Assembly: GCA_035280325.1 (NCBI GenBank)
Contig: DATEFZ010000075.1
Span: 1 to 36,844, forward strand
Direction: 5' to 3'
Length of the DNA stretch: 36,844 nucleotides
From: Casimicrobiaceae bacterium
GTDB lineage: Bacteria; Pseudomonadota; Gammaproteobacteria; Burkholderiales; Casimicrobiaceae
Positions 1 to 12,377 of this stretch are shown piece after piece. Position numbers and translations under genes: made by a program. Under the pieces are notes generated by a model. That model worked only from the letters and a program-made list of their open reading frames with translations, was not told the origin of the DNA and searched no databases. Within the stretch, counting starts at the first letter, position 1. Each line of letters begins with the position of its first letter.

Positions 1-3000
1 GCGGCAGCGGCGTGGCTGCGCGCAGCCCACGAGAGCTCGCTGCCGGTCGCAACGCCGCTGCTCCTGCTCTGGTTCGTCTCGCCGGCGCTGGCGTGGTGGA
101 TCAGCCGGACGCTCGTGCCGCGGCCTGCGGCGCTGTCCGCCGAGCAGACCGCCTTCCTGCGCAAGCTGGCCCGGCGCACCTGGTCGTTCTTCGAGGCCTT
201 CGTCGGCGCCGCCGACAACCACTTGCCGCCGGACAACTATCAGGAAGTGCCGGTCGGCACGATCGCGCATCGCACGTCGCCCACCAACATGGGCCTGGCG
301 CTGCTGGCCGACCTGGCGGCGTACGACTTCGGCTACCTGCCGGCGGGCCGGCTGCTCGAGCGCATCGGCGCCAGCCTGGACACGATGCGCTCGCTCGACA
401 AGCACCAGGGACACTTCTACAACTGGTACGACACCCAGACGCTGCAGGTGCTCGCGCCGCGCTACATCTCGGCGGTCGACAGCGGGAATCTCGCCGGCCA
501 CCTGTCGACCCTGCGCGAAGGCCTGCTGGCGCTGCCCGACGACCGCATCGTGGCGCCGCAAATATTCGCCGGCATGGTCGACACGGCGCGGGTGCTGGCC
601 GATTCGTTGCCGGACGACGCGCCAGCGGCCGTCGACCGGCTGCAGCGCGATCTCGCCTCGGCCAGCGAGGCGCCGCCGGCGACACTGGCGGCGACGCGGC
701 TCTGCCTCGACCGGCTGCAGACCGCGATCGCCGCGGCCGAGAGCGCGCTCGCCGCGCACGACGGCGACGAATCGACGCCGTCGGCGGAAGCGCTGCGCTG
801 GGCGCAGGCCCTGGCGAGGCAATGCCACAGCGCGAAGGACGACATCGACCTGCTTGCGCCCTGGCTCGCGCTGACATCGCTTGGCGGCATCGAGGCCGGG
901 CTGCCCGAGCTCGCCGCGATCCCGACGCTGCGCGAGCTGACCCATCTCGCGCCGGCGGTGGTGCCGCATCTCGAACGGCTGAGCAGCAACGCCGCGGTCG
1001 CGACCAGGGAGCGCCTCGACGAGATCGCCAGGCTGGTCGCCCTCGGCGTGACCCACGCCCGAGAGCGCGTCGCCGCAACAACCGAGCTCGCTGCGCACTG
1101 CGAAGAGCTGGCGCGTATGGACTTCCGCTTCCTCTACGATCGCCGCCGCCGTCTGTTCACCATCGGCTACAACGTCGACCAGCGCGAGCGCGACAAGAGC
1201 TACTACGACCTGCTCGCCTCGGAAGCGCGGGTGGCGAGCTTCGTCGCGATCGCGCAGGGCCAGGTGCCGCAGGAGAACTGGTTCGCGCTCGGCCGGCGCC
1301 TGACCATCGCCGGCGGCCGGCCGATCCTGCTGTCGTGGAGCGGATCGATCTTCGAGTACCTGATGCCGCTCCTGGTGATGCCGACCTACGAGAACACGCT
1401 GCTCGACGACACCTGTCGCGCCGCGGTCGAACGTCAGATCAGCTACGGCCGGCAGCTCGGCGTGCCGTGGGGCATGTCGGAATCGTGCTACAACGCCGTC
1501 GACGCGAGCCTCAACTACCAGTACCGCGCCTTCGGCGTGCCGGGACTGGGACTCAAGCGCGGGCTGGCCGACGATCTGGTCATCGCGCCGTACGCCACCG
1601 TGCTGTCGCTGATGATCGCCCCCGAAGCCGCCTGCCTCAACCTGCAGCGGCTCGCCGCCGAGGGCCTGGCCGGCCAGTTCGGGCTGTTCGAGGCGATCGA
1701 CTACACGCCCTCGCGCGTGCCGCGCGGACAGACGAGCGCCGTGGTGCGATCGTTCATGGCGCATCACCAGGGCATGAGCCTGCTCGCGCTCGATCACCTG
1801 TTGCTCGATCGGCCGATGCAGAAGCGATTCGTCTCCGACCCGCTGTTCCAGGCGACGCTGCTGCTGCTCCAGGAGCGCATCCCCAAAGCCGTCACCTTCC
1901 TGCCGCAGGTCGCTGCGCTGACCGGCGTGCGGGCCGGTCCGAGCGAGGTGGAAGTGCCGGCGCGCCTCATCCCGAGCCCGTCGACCCCGACGCCGGAGAC
2001 GCAACTCTTGTCGAACGGGCGCTACCACGTGCTGGTCACCGGCGCCGGCGGCGGCAGCAGCCGCTGGAAGGATCTCGCCCTGACGCGCTGGCGCGAGGAC
2101 ACGACCTGCGATCAGTGGGGCACGTTCTGCTATATCCGCGACGTCGCTAGCGGCGAATTCTGGTCGACCGCGTACCAGCCTACGGCCAAGCCGGCCGACC
2201 GCTACGAAGCCATATTCTCCGAGGGTCGTGCCGAGTTCCGGCGCCGCGATCACGGCCTCGACGCGCATACCGAGATCGCCGTCTCACCCGAGGACGACAT
2301 CGAGCTGCGTCGACTGCGCATCATCAACCGATCGCGAACCCGCCGCGTCATCGAGCTCACCACCTATGCCGAAATCGTGCTGGCGCCTCCGGCGGCCGAT
2401 GCGCTGCACCCCGCGTTCAGCAACCTGTTCGTGCAGACCGAGATCGCGGGCGACCTGCAGGCGATCCTGTGCACGCGACGGCCGCGCTCGCCCGAGGAGC
2501 GGGCGCCGTGGGCGTTCCACCTGATGGCGGCGCACGGCGTCACGCCGACCGACGTCTCCTACGAGACCGACCGCATGCGCTTCGTCGGCCGAGGTGCGTC
2601 GCCGCGGGCGCCACGCGCGATGCGCGAGGCCGGACCATTGTCGGGTACCGCGGGGCCGGTGCTCGACCCGATCGCGGCGATCCGGATGCGGGTTTCGCTC
2701 GACCCCGAGCAGACCGCGACCATCGACATGGTCTACGGCGTGGCCGAGACACGCGAGGCCGCGCTCGGCCTGGTCGGCAAGTACCTCGATGCGCGGCTCG
2801 CCCACCGCGTCATCGAGCTGGGCTGGACGCACGCCCAGGTGGTGCTGCGCCAGATCAACGCCAGCGACGCCGACGCGCGGCTGTATGCGCGGCTGGCGAA
2901 TTCGATCGTGTTCGGCAACGGGTCGCTGCGCGCCGATCCCGGCGTCGCCGCGCGCAATCGACGCGGGCAGTCCGGTCTGTGGGCGTATTCGATCTCCGGC

Positions 3001-5886
3001 GATCTGCCGATCGTGCTGTTGCGGGTCGCCGACATCGCCAACATCGACCTGGTGCGGCAGATGGTGCAGGCGCACGCCTACTGGCGGCTGAAGGGACTGT
3101 CGGTCGACCTGGTCATCTGGAACGAGGATCACGGCGGATACCGGCAGCTCCTGCAGGATCAGATCATGGCGCTGATCGCGGCGCGCTTCGAGGCGCCGCT
3201 GATGAACCGTCCCGGCGGCATCTTCGTGCGTCGCGGCGACCAGATCCCCGAGGAGGATCGCGGACTGCTCGAATCGGTCGCGCGCGTGATCATCACCGAC
3301 AGCAAGGGCACGCTGGCCGACCAGGTCGCCGGACGCGCGCTGCTCGAGCCGCGCACGCCTCGGCTGGTGCCCGGTCGCGAGCTGCGCGCCGAGCCCGCAG
3401 AGACGGCGCCGGCACCTGCGACGCTGCTCCTCGGCAACGGGCTCGGTGGATTTTCCGCCGACGGATCCGAATACGTGATCACCACCGGCGCCGACCGGAC
3501 AACACCGCTGCCGTGGGTGAACGTGCTCGCCAACCCGCAGTTCGGCAGCATCGTCTCCGAAAGCGGCGGCACCTATACCTGGAGCGAGAACGCGCACGAG
3601 TATCGCGTCACGCCGTGGAGCAACGATCCGGTCAGCGACGCCTGCGGCGAGGCGTATTACCTGCGTGACGAGGAGAGCGGTCATTTCTGGTCGGCCGCGC
3701 CGCAGCCGGCGCCCGGCCGCGGGCCGTACGTCACCCGGCACGGCTTCGGCTACACGGTGTTCGAGCACAGCGAGGACGGCATCGCCTGCGAGCTGTGGGT
3801 CTTCGTCGCCCGCGACGCTCCGCTCAAGTTCGCCACGCTCAAGGTGCGCAATGCCTCGGCGCGGACGCGACGGATCACGGTGACAGGATTCGTCGAATGG
3901 GTGCTCGGCGACCTGCGGGCAAAGACCGCGATGCACATCGTGACCCAGCGCGATGCAAAGACCGACACGCTGTTCGCGCGCAATGCCTACAGCGCCGACT
4001 TCAGCGAACGGGTGGCGTTCTTCGACGTCGACGACGTGAATCGGACCTCGACCTGCGATCGCACCGAGTTCATCGGCCGCAACGGCTCATTGGCGGCCCC
4101 GGCGGCGCTCTCGCGCACGCGGTTGTCGGGCCGGTCGGGCGCGACGCTCGATCCCTGCGCGGCGATCCAGGTCAGGCTGGACATCGAGGCGCTGGGCGAG
4201 CGCGAGGTGACTTTCCGGCTCGGCGTCGGACGCGATGCCGATGAAGCAAGAGCGCTGGCACAGCGCTGGCGCGGCGCGACCACCGCGCGCGCGGCGCTCG
4301 ACCAGGTCCGCCGGCAGTGGCGGCACATGCTCGATGCGGTGCAGGTGACGACGCCCGACCCGGCGCTCGACGTGCTTGCCAACGGCTGGCTGCTCTACCA
4401 GACGCTGGCCTGCCGGGTGTGGGGACGCAGCGGATTCTATCAATCGGGCGGCGCGTTCGGCTTTCGCGACCAGTTGCAGGACGTGCTCGCACTCATCCAT
4501 TGCGACCCGCAGACGACGCGGGCCCAGCTCTTGCTGTGCGCGAGCCGCCAGTTCGTCGAGGGTGACGTCCAGCACTGGTGGCATCCTCCCTCCGGCCGCG
4601 GCGTGCGCACGCAATGCTCGGATGACTATCTGTGGCTGCCGTTCGCCACCGCGCGCTACGTGCTCGCCACCGGAGACAGGGGAGTGCTCGACGAGGCCGC
4701 GACTTTCCTGCACGGCCGGCCGTGCAACCCGGGCGAGGATTCGTATTACGACCTGCCGGCGCGCTCGACCGAGACGGCGAGCCTCTACGAGCACTGCGTG
4801 CGAGCGATCAGGCACGGCTTCCGATTCGGCCGTCACGGGCTGCCGCTGATGGGGTCCGGTGACTGGAACGACGGCATGAATCTGGTCGGCATCGGCGGCG
4901 AAGGCGAAAGCGTCTGGCTCGCCTTCTTCCTGCGGGCGGTGCTCGCACGGTTCGCCAGGCTCGCACGCTCGCGCAACGACGAAGATTTTGCCCGGCAATG
5001 CGACGACAAGAGCGCCGAGCTCGCCACCAGCATCGAGCGGCATGCCTGGGACGGGCAATGGTATCGGCGCGCCTTTTTCGACGACGGCACGCCGCTGGGC
5101 TCGGCGGAGAACCTGGAATGCAGGATCGATTCGATCTCGCAAAGCTGGTCGGTGCTGGCGGGGAGCGTCGATCCCGAGCGCTCGCGCGCGGCGATGACGG
5201 CGGTCGACGAGCAGCTGGTCAAGCGCGACCACGCGTTGATCGAGCTCCTGACGCCGCCGTTCGATCGATCGGCGCAGTATCCCGGCTACATCCGCGGCTA
5301 CGTGCCCGGCGTGCGCGAGAACGGCGGCCAGTACACCCACGCGGCGATCTGGTCGGCGCTGGCGTTCGCCGGATTGAACGACGGCGTCCGCGCCTGGGAG
5401 CTCGCCGCGATGATCAATCCGGTCAATCACGCGCGCACGGCCGACGACGTCGCCGTCTACCGCGCCGAGCCCTACGCGATCGCCGCCGACGTCTACGCGC
5501 TGCCGCCGCACACCGGCCGCGGCGGCTGGTCGTGGTATACCGGCTCCGCAGGATGGATGTACCGCCTGATCGTCGAATCGCTGCTGGGTATCGAGCTCGC
5601 AGCCGACAAGCTCCGCTTCGCGCCGTGCCTGCCGCTGCCGTGGCCGGAATTCAGCGTCCGCTATCGTTACCGCGAGACGATCTACCGCATTACCGTGTCG
5701 CAGGACGAAGCCGCGACAACGGGCGTGTGGCTGGACGGCCGGCGCCAGGCTGACGGTGCCATCGCGCTGGCCGACGATCGGGTCGAGCACGAGGTCCGCG
5801 TCGTCGTCGCCACTGCGCCGCACCCGGCCCCGCCCGAGGCAACGGAAACGCCCGCTGCCATCAACAGCGGATCGTCGGCGCCGTGA
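1..5886 (+). CDS. ndvB: Cyclic beta-1,2-glucan synthase (NdvB/ChvB/Cgs type), 5'-truncated by the window edge; about 1961 C-terminal codons including the GH94 phosphorylase-like domain
   Basis: Frame 1 is open from nt 1, with no stop before the listed Met at 115, through the stop at 5884-5886. The translation carries GH94-type hallmarks (GGAFGFRDQLQD, GSGDWNDGMN, WYTGSAGWMYRL). A hydrophobic LLLLWFVSPALAWWIS segment lies at the very start. The size fits the synthases of more than 2800 aa. Confidence 0.85.
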   Translation, partial: AAAAWLRAAHESSLPVATPLLLLWFVSPALAWWISRTLVPRPAALSAEQTAFLRKLARRTWSFFEAFVGAADNHLPPDNYQEVPVGTIAHRTSPTNMGLALLADLAAYDFGYLPAGRLLERIGASLDTMRSLDKHQGHFYNWYDTQTLQVLAPRYISAVDSGNLAGHLSTLREGLLALPDDRIVAPQIFAGMVDTARVLADSLPDDAPAAVDRLQRDLASASEAPPATLAATRLCLDRLQTAIAAAESALAAHDGDESTPSAEALRWAQALARQCHSAKDDIDLLAPWLALTSLGGIEAGLPELAAIPTLRELTHLAPAVVPHLERLSSNAAVATRERLDEIARLVALGVTHARERVAATTELAAHCEELARMDFRFLYDRRRRLFTIGYNVDQRERDKSYYDLLASEARVASFVAIAQGQVPQENWFALGRRLTIAGGRPILLSWSGSIFEYLMPLLVMPTYENTLLDDTCRAAVERQISYGRQLGVPWGMSESCYNAVDASLNYQYRAFGVPGLGLKRGLADDLVIAPYATVLSLMIAPEAACLNLQRLAAEGLAGQFGLFEAIDYTPSRVPRGQTSAVVRSFMAHHQGMSLLALDHLLLDRPMQKRFVSDPLFQATLLLLQERIPKAVTFLPQVAALTGVRAGPSEVEVPARLIPSPSTPTPETQLLSNGRYHVLVTGAGGGSSRWKDLALTRWREDTTCDQWGTFCYIRDVASGEFWSTAYQPTAKPADRYEAIFSEGRAEFRRRDHGLDAHTEIAVSPEDDIELRRLRIINRSRTRRVIELTTYAEIVLAPPAADALHPAFSNLFVQTEIAGDLQAILCTRRPRSPEERAPWAFHLMAAHGVTPTDVSYETDRMRFVGRGASPRAPRAMREAGPLSGTAGPVLDPIAAIRMRVSLDPEQTATIDMVYGVAETREAALGLVGKYLDARLAHRVIELGWTHAQVVLRQINASDADARLYARLANSIVFGNGSLRADPGVAARNRRGQSGLWAYSISGDLPIVLLRVADIANIDLVRQMVQAHAYWRLKGLSVDLVIWNEDHGGYRQLLQDQIMALIAARFEAPLMNRPGGIFVRRGDQIPEEDRGLLESVARVIITDSKGTLADQVAGRALLEPRTPRLVPGRELRAEPAETAPAPATLLLGNGLGGFSADGSEYVITTGADRTTPLPWVNVLANPQFGSIVSESGGTYTWSENAHEYRVTPWSNDPVSDACGEAYYLRDEESGHFWSAAPQPAPGRGPYVTRHGFGYTVFEHSEDGIACELWVFVARDAPLKFATLKVRNASARTRRITVTGFVEWVLGDLRAKTAMHIVTQRDAKTDTLFARNAYSADFSERVAFFDVDDVNRTSTCDRTEFIGRNGSLAAPAALSRTRLSGRSGATLDPCAAIQVRLDIEALGEREVTFRLGVGRDADEARALAQRWRGATTARAALDQVRRQWRHMLDAVQVTTPDPALDVLANGWLLYQTLACRVWGRSGFYQSGGAFGFRDQLQDVLALIHCDPQTTRAQLLLCASRQFVEGDVQHWWHPPSGRGVRTQCSDDYLWLPFATARYVLATGDRGVLDEAATFLHGRPCNPGEDSYYDLPARSTETASLYEHCVRAIRHGFRFGRHGLPLMGSGDWNDGMNLVGIGGEGESVWLAFFLRAVLARFARLARSRNDEDFARQCDDKSAELATSIERHAWDGQWYRRAFFDDGTPLGSAENLECRIDSISQSWSVLAGSVDPERSRAAMTAVDEQLVKRDHALIELLTPPFDRSAQYPGYIRGYVPGVRENGGQYTHAAIWSALAFAGLNDGVRAWELAAMINPVNHARTADDVAVYRAEPYAIAADVYALPPHTGRGGWSWYTGSAGWMYRLIVESLLGIELAADKLRFAPCLPLPWPEFSVRYRYRETIYRITVSQDEAATTGVWLDGRRQADGAIALADDRVEHEVRVVVATAPHPAPPEATETPAAINSGSSAP

Positions 5887-7975
5887 CGCTGCGCGGATAG
5901 AATCCCTCGCCCGAGCCGGCCTTCTCGTCGAGCAGCGGGGCCACGGTCCAGAAATCGGGGCCGAAGCGATCGCGGTAGCCGGCGATCGCATCGCGCAGCG
6001 CCGGCAGCCCGACCCGATCGGCGAAGAACATCGGCCCGCCGCGCCACGATGGAAAGCCGTAGCCGTGCAGCCACACCATGTCGATGTCGACCGGCCGCGC
6101 GGCGACGCCCTCGCCAAGGATCTTCGCGCCTTCGTTGATCATCGAGTAGACGCAACGCTCGACGATCTCGGCGTCAGTGAGCTCGCGCCGCTCGATCCCC
6201 GCCGCGCGCGAATGCGCGACGATCAGCGCTTCGATCGCCGGATCCGGCAACGGCGTTCTGCTGCCGGCCTGGTAGCGATACCAGCCGGCGCCGGTCTTCT
6301 GTCCGAGCCGTCCGAGGCCGCACACCTGGTCGAGCAGGTTGCAGTCGCGGACGCCCTGCCGGCGCAAATGCGCGCGCGCCTGGCGGTTGCGCCAGCCGAT
6401 ATCGAGCCCGGCCAGGTCGCCGACGGCGAACGGACCCATCGGAAAGCCGAAGTCGACCAACGCGCGGTCGACCTGCTGCGGCAACGCACCTTCCTCGAGC
6501 AGGAACCACGCTTCGCGCGTACGCTGCGCCAGCATCCTGTTACCGACGAAGCCGTCGGCACCGCCGACCAGCACGGCGATCTTGCCCAGCGCTTTGCCGA
6601 CTTTCATCACCGTGGCCAGCACGTCGGGCGCGGTCTTCGGCGCACGCACGTTCTCGAGCAGCCGCATGACGTTGGCCGGGCTGAAGAAATGCATCCCGAC
6701 GACGTCCTGCGGCCGCCGCGTGGAGTCGGCGAGGGTCGCGACGTCGAGGTACGAAGTGTTGGTAGCGAGGATCGCACCCGGCTTGGCCAGGGCATCCAGC
6801 CTGGCCATCACTTCACGCTTGATCGCGAGGTCCTCGAACACCGCCTCGACGATCAGGTCGGCGTCGCGAAGCTCGTTCCAGTCGAGCGTCGGGCGAATCC
6901 GCGCCAGGCGATCGTCCATGTCCTGTCGCGCGAGGCCGCCGCGCTCGACGGTCGACGCATAGTTGACACGGATGCGCTCGACGCCGCGCGAGAGCGCTTG
7001 TGCTTCGGCTTCGACCAGCACCACCGGAATGCCGGCGTTGGCAAAGCACATCGCGATGCCGGCGCCCATCGTGCCGGCGCCGATCACCGCGGCGTGCGCG
7101 ACGTCGCGCGTCGGCGTGTCCCTCGGCAGACCCGGAACCCGCGCCACCTCGCGCTCGCCGAAAAAGGCGTGGCGCAGCGCCGCCGCCTGCGGCGACGCGG
7201 ACAGTTCGAGGAAGCGCTCGCGCTCGAATGCGAGCCCTGCGGCAAGCGGAAGCCGGGTCGCCGCGTGAACCGCCTCGATGGCCTGCGCGGGCGCAGGCAG
7301 ATGGCGCTGCTTTTTCGCTGCCGCAGCCCGAGTCCGGTCGAACACCGCCGGATCGAACGCCGGGATCTGCAGCGATCCGGTGCGTCGCGGCGAACCGCCG
7401 CCGGCGACCAGCCGCCGCGCCGCCGCCAGCGCAGCCGCGTCCAGATCGTCTTCGGCCACCTCGTCGACGACGCCGATCTCGAGCGCGCGCCGCGCATCGA
7501 TCGGATCGCCGCCGACGATCATCGACAGCGCCGCTTCCACGCCTGCCAGCCGCGGCAGGCGCTGCGTGCCCCCGGCCCCGGGGATCAGGCCCAGCTTCAC
7601 TTCGGGCAGTCCGACACGGGCCGTTGCGCTCGCCACGCGATAGTGCGCCGCCAGCGCGATCTCCAAGCCGCCGCCGAGCGCGGTGCCGAACAACGCGCAG
7701 ACGATCGGCTTGCCGGCGTTCTCGATCGCATCGACCACTTCGGGCAGCTGCGGCGGTCGCGGCGGCAGGCCGAACTCGCCGATGTCGGCGCCGGCGATGA
7801 AGGTGCGCCCGGCGCAGCGGATGATCGCGGCGCGCACGTCGCGCTCCGCGTCGGCTCTGGCGACGGCGTCGATCAGCCCCGCGCGCACCGCCTGCGACAG
7901 CGCGTTGACCGGAGGATGATCGACGGTGATCAGCGCGACTTCACCGTCGCGGCGATAGTCGACGAGCGCGCTCAA
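5861..7975 (-). CDS. Bifunctional enoyl-CoA hydratase/isomerase + 3-hydroxyacyl-CoA dehydrogenase (FadB/FadJ-like)
   Basis: N-terminal crotonase fold ([26 protein letters not shown]). Central Rossmann motif ([14 protein letters not shown]). C-terminal 3HCDH domains ([13 protein letters not shown]). Preferred start is the in-frame TTG at 7975, giving [18 protein letters not shown]..., 13 nt after the boxA stop. The ORF-track start at 8146 and a GTG at 8095 would overlap boxA by more than 100 nt. Confidence 0.8.
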   Translation of the reverse strand: MSALVDYRRDGEVALITVDHPPVNALSQAVRAGLIDAVARADAERDVRAAIIRCAGRTFIAGADIGEFGLPPRPPQLPEVVDAIENAGKPIVCALFGTALGGGLEIALAAHYRVASATARVGLPEVKLGLIPGAGGTQRLPRLAGVEAALSMIVGGDPIDARRALEIGVVDEVAEDDLDAAALAAARRLVAGGGSPRRTGSLQIPAFDPAVFDRTRAAAAKKQRHLPAPAQAIEAVHAATRLPLAAGLAFERERFLELSASPQAAALRHAFFGEREVARVPGLPRDTPTRDVAHAAVIGAGTMGAGIAMCFANAGIPVVLVEAEAQALSRGVERIRVNYASTVERGGLARQDMDDRLARIRPTLDWNELRDADLIVEAVFEDLAIKREVMARLDALAKPGAILATNTSYLDVATLADSTRRPQDVVGMHFFSPANVMRLLENVRAPKTAPDVLATVMKVGKALGKIAVLVGGADGFVGNRMLAQRTREAWFLLEEGALPQQVDRALVDFGFPMGPFAVGDLAGLDIGWRNRQARAHLRRQGVRDCNLLDQVCGLGRLGQKTGAGWYRYQAGSRTPLPDPAIEALIVAHSRAAGIERRELTDAEIVERCVYSMINEGAKILGEGVAARPVDIDMVWLHGYGFPSWRGGPMFFADRVGLPALRDAIAGYRDRFGPDFWTVAPLLDEKAGSGEGFYPRSVTAPTIRC

Positions 7976-7988
7976 CGCCTCGACCGCA

Positions 7989-9231
7989 TCAGTAGGTCTC
8001 GATGTGGAGCCGGCTCTTGGCCAGGAGCCCGGCCTTGAGCGCGCCCCAGTCCAGGCCGTGCTCGGCGCAGACGTCGCGGAAGGCGTCGAGAACACCCTGC
8101 TCCATGCCCTTGAGCCCGCAGAGGTAGATGTAGCAGTCGTCGTCACGCAGCAGCCGCGCCACCTTGTCGCCGCGCTCGCGGATCCGGTGCTGCACGTAAG
8201 TCTTCGGCTCGCCGGGAACGCGCGAAAAAGCGAAGTTGATGTCGATGAACTCCTTCGGCAGCTTCTGCAGCGGCCCGAAGTACGGCAACTCGTCCTGCGC
8301 CCGCGCGCCGAAGAAAAGCAGCAGCTCGCCGGCCTGTCCAGCGGCGCGCAGTCGCCGCCTTCGCTCGGTCATCGCCCGCATCGGCGCCGACCCGGTTCCG
8401 GTGCAGATCATCATCAGCGACGATCCCGGATGGTTGGGCATCAGAAAGCTCGTCCCGTACGGCCCGACTACCCGCACCCGGTCGCCGACCCTGGTGTCGC
8501 ACAGGTAGTTCGACGCGCTGCCGGAGACCGGCCTGCCCTGGTGATCCTCGGTCACCCGCTTCACCGTCAGCGCGACGTTGTTGTAGCGCGGGCGCTCGCC
8601 GTCGCGCGGCGATGCGATCGAGTACAGCCGCACGTAATGTGGCTTGCCGTCGGCGTCGGCACCCGGCGGCACGACCCCCAGCGTCTGGCCCTCGAGCACA
8701 GGAAACGCCGTATTGCCGAAGTCGAGGACGATGTGGCGAATGTCGGCCGACGCGCCGTCGGCGGTCAGCCGGTAGTTGCCGGTGATGGTCGCGATAGCCG
8801 GCTTGGCGAGCGAGTACAGGTTGACCGCGGGCGGCGCGGCCGACCACGGCGCCGACGCGTGGCCGCCCTCGCCGGCCGATGCGATCTCGGTCAGCGCCCT
8901 GACTTCGGTCGGAACCTCCTCGTCGCCGGCGGCCAGGTCGACCGGCGTCGGCAGCGCGTCCCACGAAAGCTGCTGGTCCAGCGTGTACGGGTCGCTCTTG
9001 CGAACCTGGTGCCAGTGGTCGATCGCGCCGGTCGGACACGGCGAGACGCAGGCGTTGCAGCCATTGCAGACCGCGAAGTCGACGACGTAGTTTCGCGCAT
9101 CGTGACTGATCGCATCGATCGGACAGGTCGACTCGCAGGTGTTGCAGCGGATGCAGACCTCGGGATCGATCAGGTGCTGACGCGCGTATTCCGCGTCCGG
9201 TGCCCCGGTAACGGCCGCCGCGACCGCGTCT

Positions 9232-9248
<17 letters not shown>
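7989..9248 (-). CDS. boxA: Benzoyl-CoA oxygenase component A (BoxA; 2x[4Fe-4S] ferredoxin + FNR-like reductase)
   Basis: Two CxxCxxCxxxCP clusters ([24 protein letters not shown]) are followed by a ferredoxin-NADP reductase-like module ([18 protein letters not shown]). Length is 419 aa. It lies immediately downstream of boxB, and its ATG lies 17 nt inside the boxB 3' end. Confidence 0.88.
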
Positions 9249-10662
<1,414 letters not shown>

Positions 10663-10691
10663 CGCCGACTCCTGAATCGTTGCCGACCGGT

Positions 10692-12377
10692 TCAGACCCG
10701 CTGCCAGTCGAATCGCGCCCGGTTGCCGGTGCCGAAGACCTTCAGTGCACCGGACTCGCCGACCGCGTTCGGGCGCACGAAGATCCAGTTCTGCCACGCC
10801 GACAGCCGGCCGAAGATGCGCGTCTCCATCGTCTCGGCGCCGCCGAAGCGCAGGTTCGCTTCCATGCCGGTCAACGCATCCGGCGACATGCTGGCGCGCT
10901 CCTCCAGCACGATGCGGATCTCGTCGTCCCAGTCGATCTCGTCCAGCGCCGCGGTGACGAGACCCAGCGCCACAGCCTCCGCGGCGGAGACCCTGCGCCC
11001 GATCGCGGCGCGAACTTTGCCCACTGCATCGGCGTCGCGGTAGAACCGCGCCTCGATGCGCGAGATGCCGTCGACGCGCGGATAGGCGCCGAAATTCTGT
11101 CCGGACAGGGCGAGCTGCGGCGCGTTGGCGGCGTCGTCGCCGGCGTCGAGCATGTAGGCGCGGTCGGCGGCGAGCGCCAGCTCGAGCAGGCTGCCGGCGA
11201 ACGCCGAGCCGGGCTCGATCAACGCGATCAGCGTGCGCGAGCTGACGTCGAGGCGCGCCAAGCAGCGCCTGAGCTGGCCGATCGTCTCGCGCACGAACCA
11301 GTGCTTGCCGTGCGCGGCCATCGCGGCGTCGGCGGCCAGCACATGGTCGGCGTCGCCCTGGGTCTTCAGTATCCAGGTGCCGACGTCGAGCCGGTTGGTA
11401 CGCAGCATCAGGATGGCGTCGTCGAGCTCGCGGCCCATCTGCAGCGGCCACCAGCGCGCGCCCTGCGCCACGATGTCGTCGATATCGCTGGCCGGGGCGC
11501 CGGCCGGCGCCTTGACGGTCAGCGTCGCCCGGCGTGACGCCTCGTCGATCTCGGCGTCGACTAAGCCGTAGTGGTAGCCGCGTTGGTCGATCGTGCGTTC
11601 CAGCGGCGTCAGCAGGATGCCGCCGGCGTCGGCCGGGCGATCGCTTTGCGCGGCCAGCTCCAGCGCGCGCCGCCTGACGTGGGCGGCGAATTCGCTCGGC
11701 TTGACGAGCTCGTCGACCAGCCGCCAATCCTTCGCCCGCTGCCCGCGCACGCCTTCGGTCGTGGTGCAGAAAATATCGGCCAGGTCGTGGCGCACCCGAC
11801 GCTTGTCGGTGACGCGGGTCAGGCCGCCGGTCCCCGGCAGCACGCCGAGCAGCGGCACTTCGGGCAGGCTCACCGCCGACGAGCGGTCGTCGACCAGAAC
11901 AATCTCGTCGCAGGCGAGCGCCATCTCGTAGCCGCCTCCGGCGGTCGTGCCGTTGCAGGCGGCGATGAACTTGAGTCCCGAGTACCGGCTCGCGTCCTCG
12001 ATGCCGTTGCGCGTCTCGTTGGTGAACTTGCAGAAGTTCACCTTCCAGGCGTGCGACGATTGCCCGAGCATGAAGATGTTCGCGCCCGAGCAGAACACGC
12101 GATCCTTGCCGCTGGTCAGCACGACCGTGCGCACCTCCGGGTGCTCGAAACGGATGCGCTGGATGGCGTCGGCGAGCTCGATGTCGACGCCCAGGTCGTA
12201 CGAATTGAGCTTGAGCTTGTAGCCGGGACGGATGCCGGCGTCCTCGTCCACGTCGATCGAGAGCGTCGCGACCGCGCCGTCGAAGGCGAGCTTGTAGTGC
12301 CGATAGCGGTCGGGATGCGCCTGGTAGTCGACGGGCTGCGGCGTTGCCGTCTCGGCGCTCGCGGTAGCGCTATCCAT
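10692..12377 (-). CDS. boxC: 2,3-epoxybenzoyl-CoA dihydrolase / benzoyl-CoA-dihydrodiol lyase (BoxC, crotonase superfamily)
   Basis: 561 aa with a crotonase-type core (VVLTSGKDRVFCSGANIFML). Position is directly upstream of boxB. An AAGGAG RBS lies 7 nt upstream, inside the boxR 3' end. Confidence 0.88.
   Translation of the reverse strand: MDSATASAETATPQPVDYQAHPDRYRHYKLAFDGAVATLSIDVDEDAGIRPGYKLKLNSYDLGVDIELADAIQRIRFEHPEVRTVVLTSGKDRVFCSGANIFMLGQSSHAWKVNFCKFTNETRNGIEDASRYSGLKFIAACNGTTAGGGYEMALACDEIVLVDDRSSAVSLPEVPLLGVLPGTGGLTRVTDKRRVRHDLADIFCTTTEGVRGQRAKDWRLVDELVKPSEFAAHVRRRALELAAQSDRPADAGGILLTPLERTIDQRGYHYGLVDAEIDEASRRATLTVKAPAGAPASDIDDIVAQGARWWPLQMGRELDDAILMLRTNRLDVGTWILKTQGDADHVLAADAAMAAHGKHWFVRETIGQLRRCLARLDVSSRTLIALIEPGSAFAGSLLELALAADRAYMLDAGDDAANAPQLALSGQNFGAYPRVDGISRIEARFYRDADAVGKVRAAIGRRVSAAEAVALGLVTAALDEIDWDDEIRIVLEERASMSPDALTGMEANLRFGGAETMETRIFGRLSAWQNWIFVRPNAVGESGALKVFGTGNRARFDWQRV

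Noticed and set aside
12-6117. Long alternative-frame and antisense ORFs inside ndvB (e.g. 12-2150 +, 101-1081 -, 2284-3936 -, 4087-6117 -)
   Set aside because: Their translations are Arg/Ala/Pro/Gly low-complexity strings with no family motifs. They lie wholly within a frame that has clear GH94/NdvB homology. These are typical shadow ORFs of GC-rich DNA.
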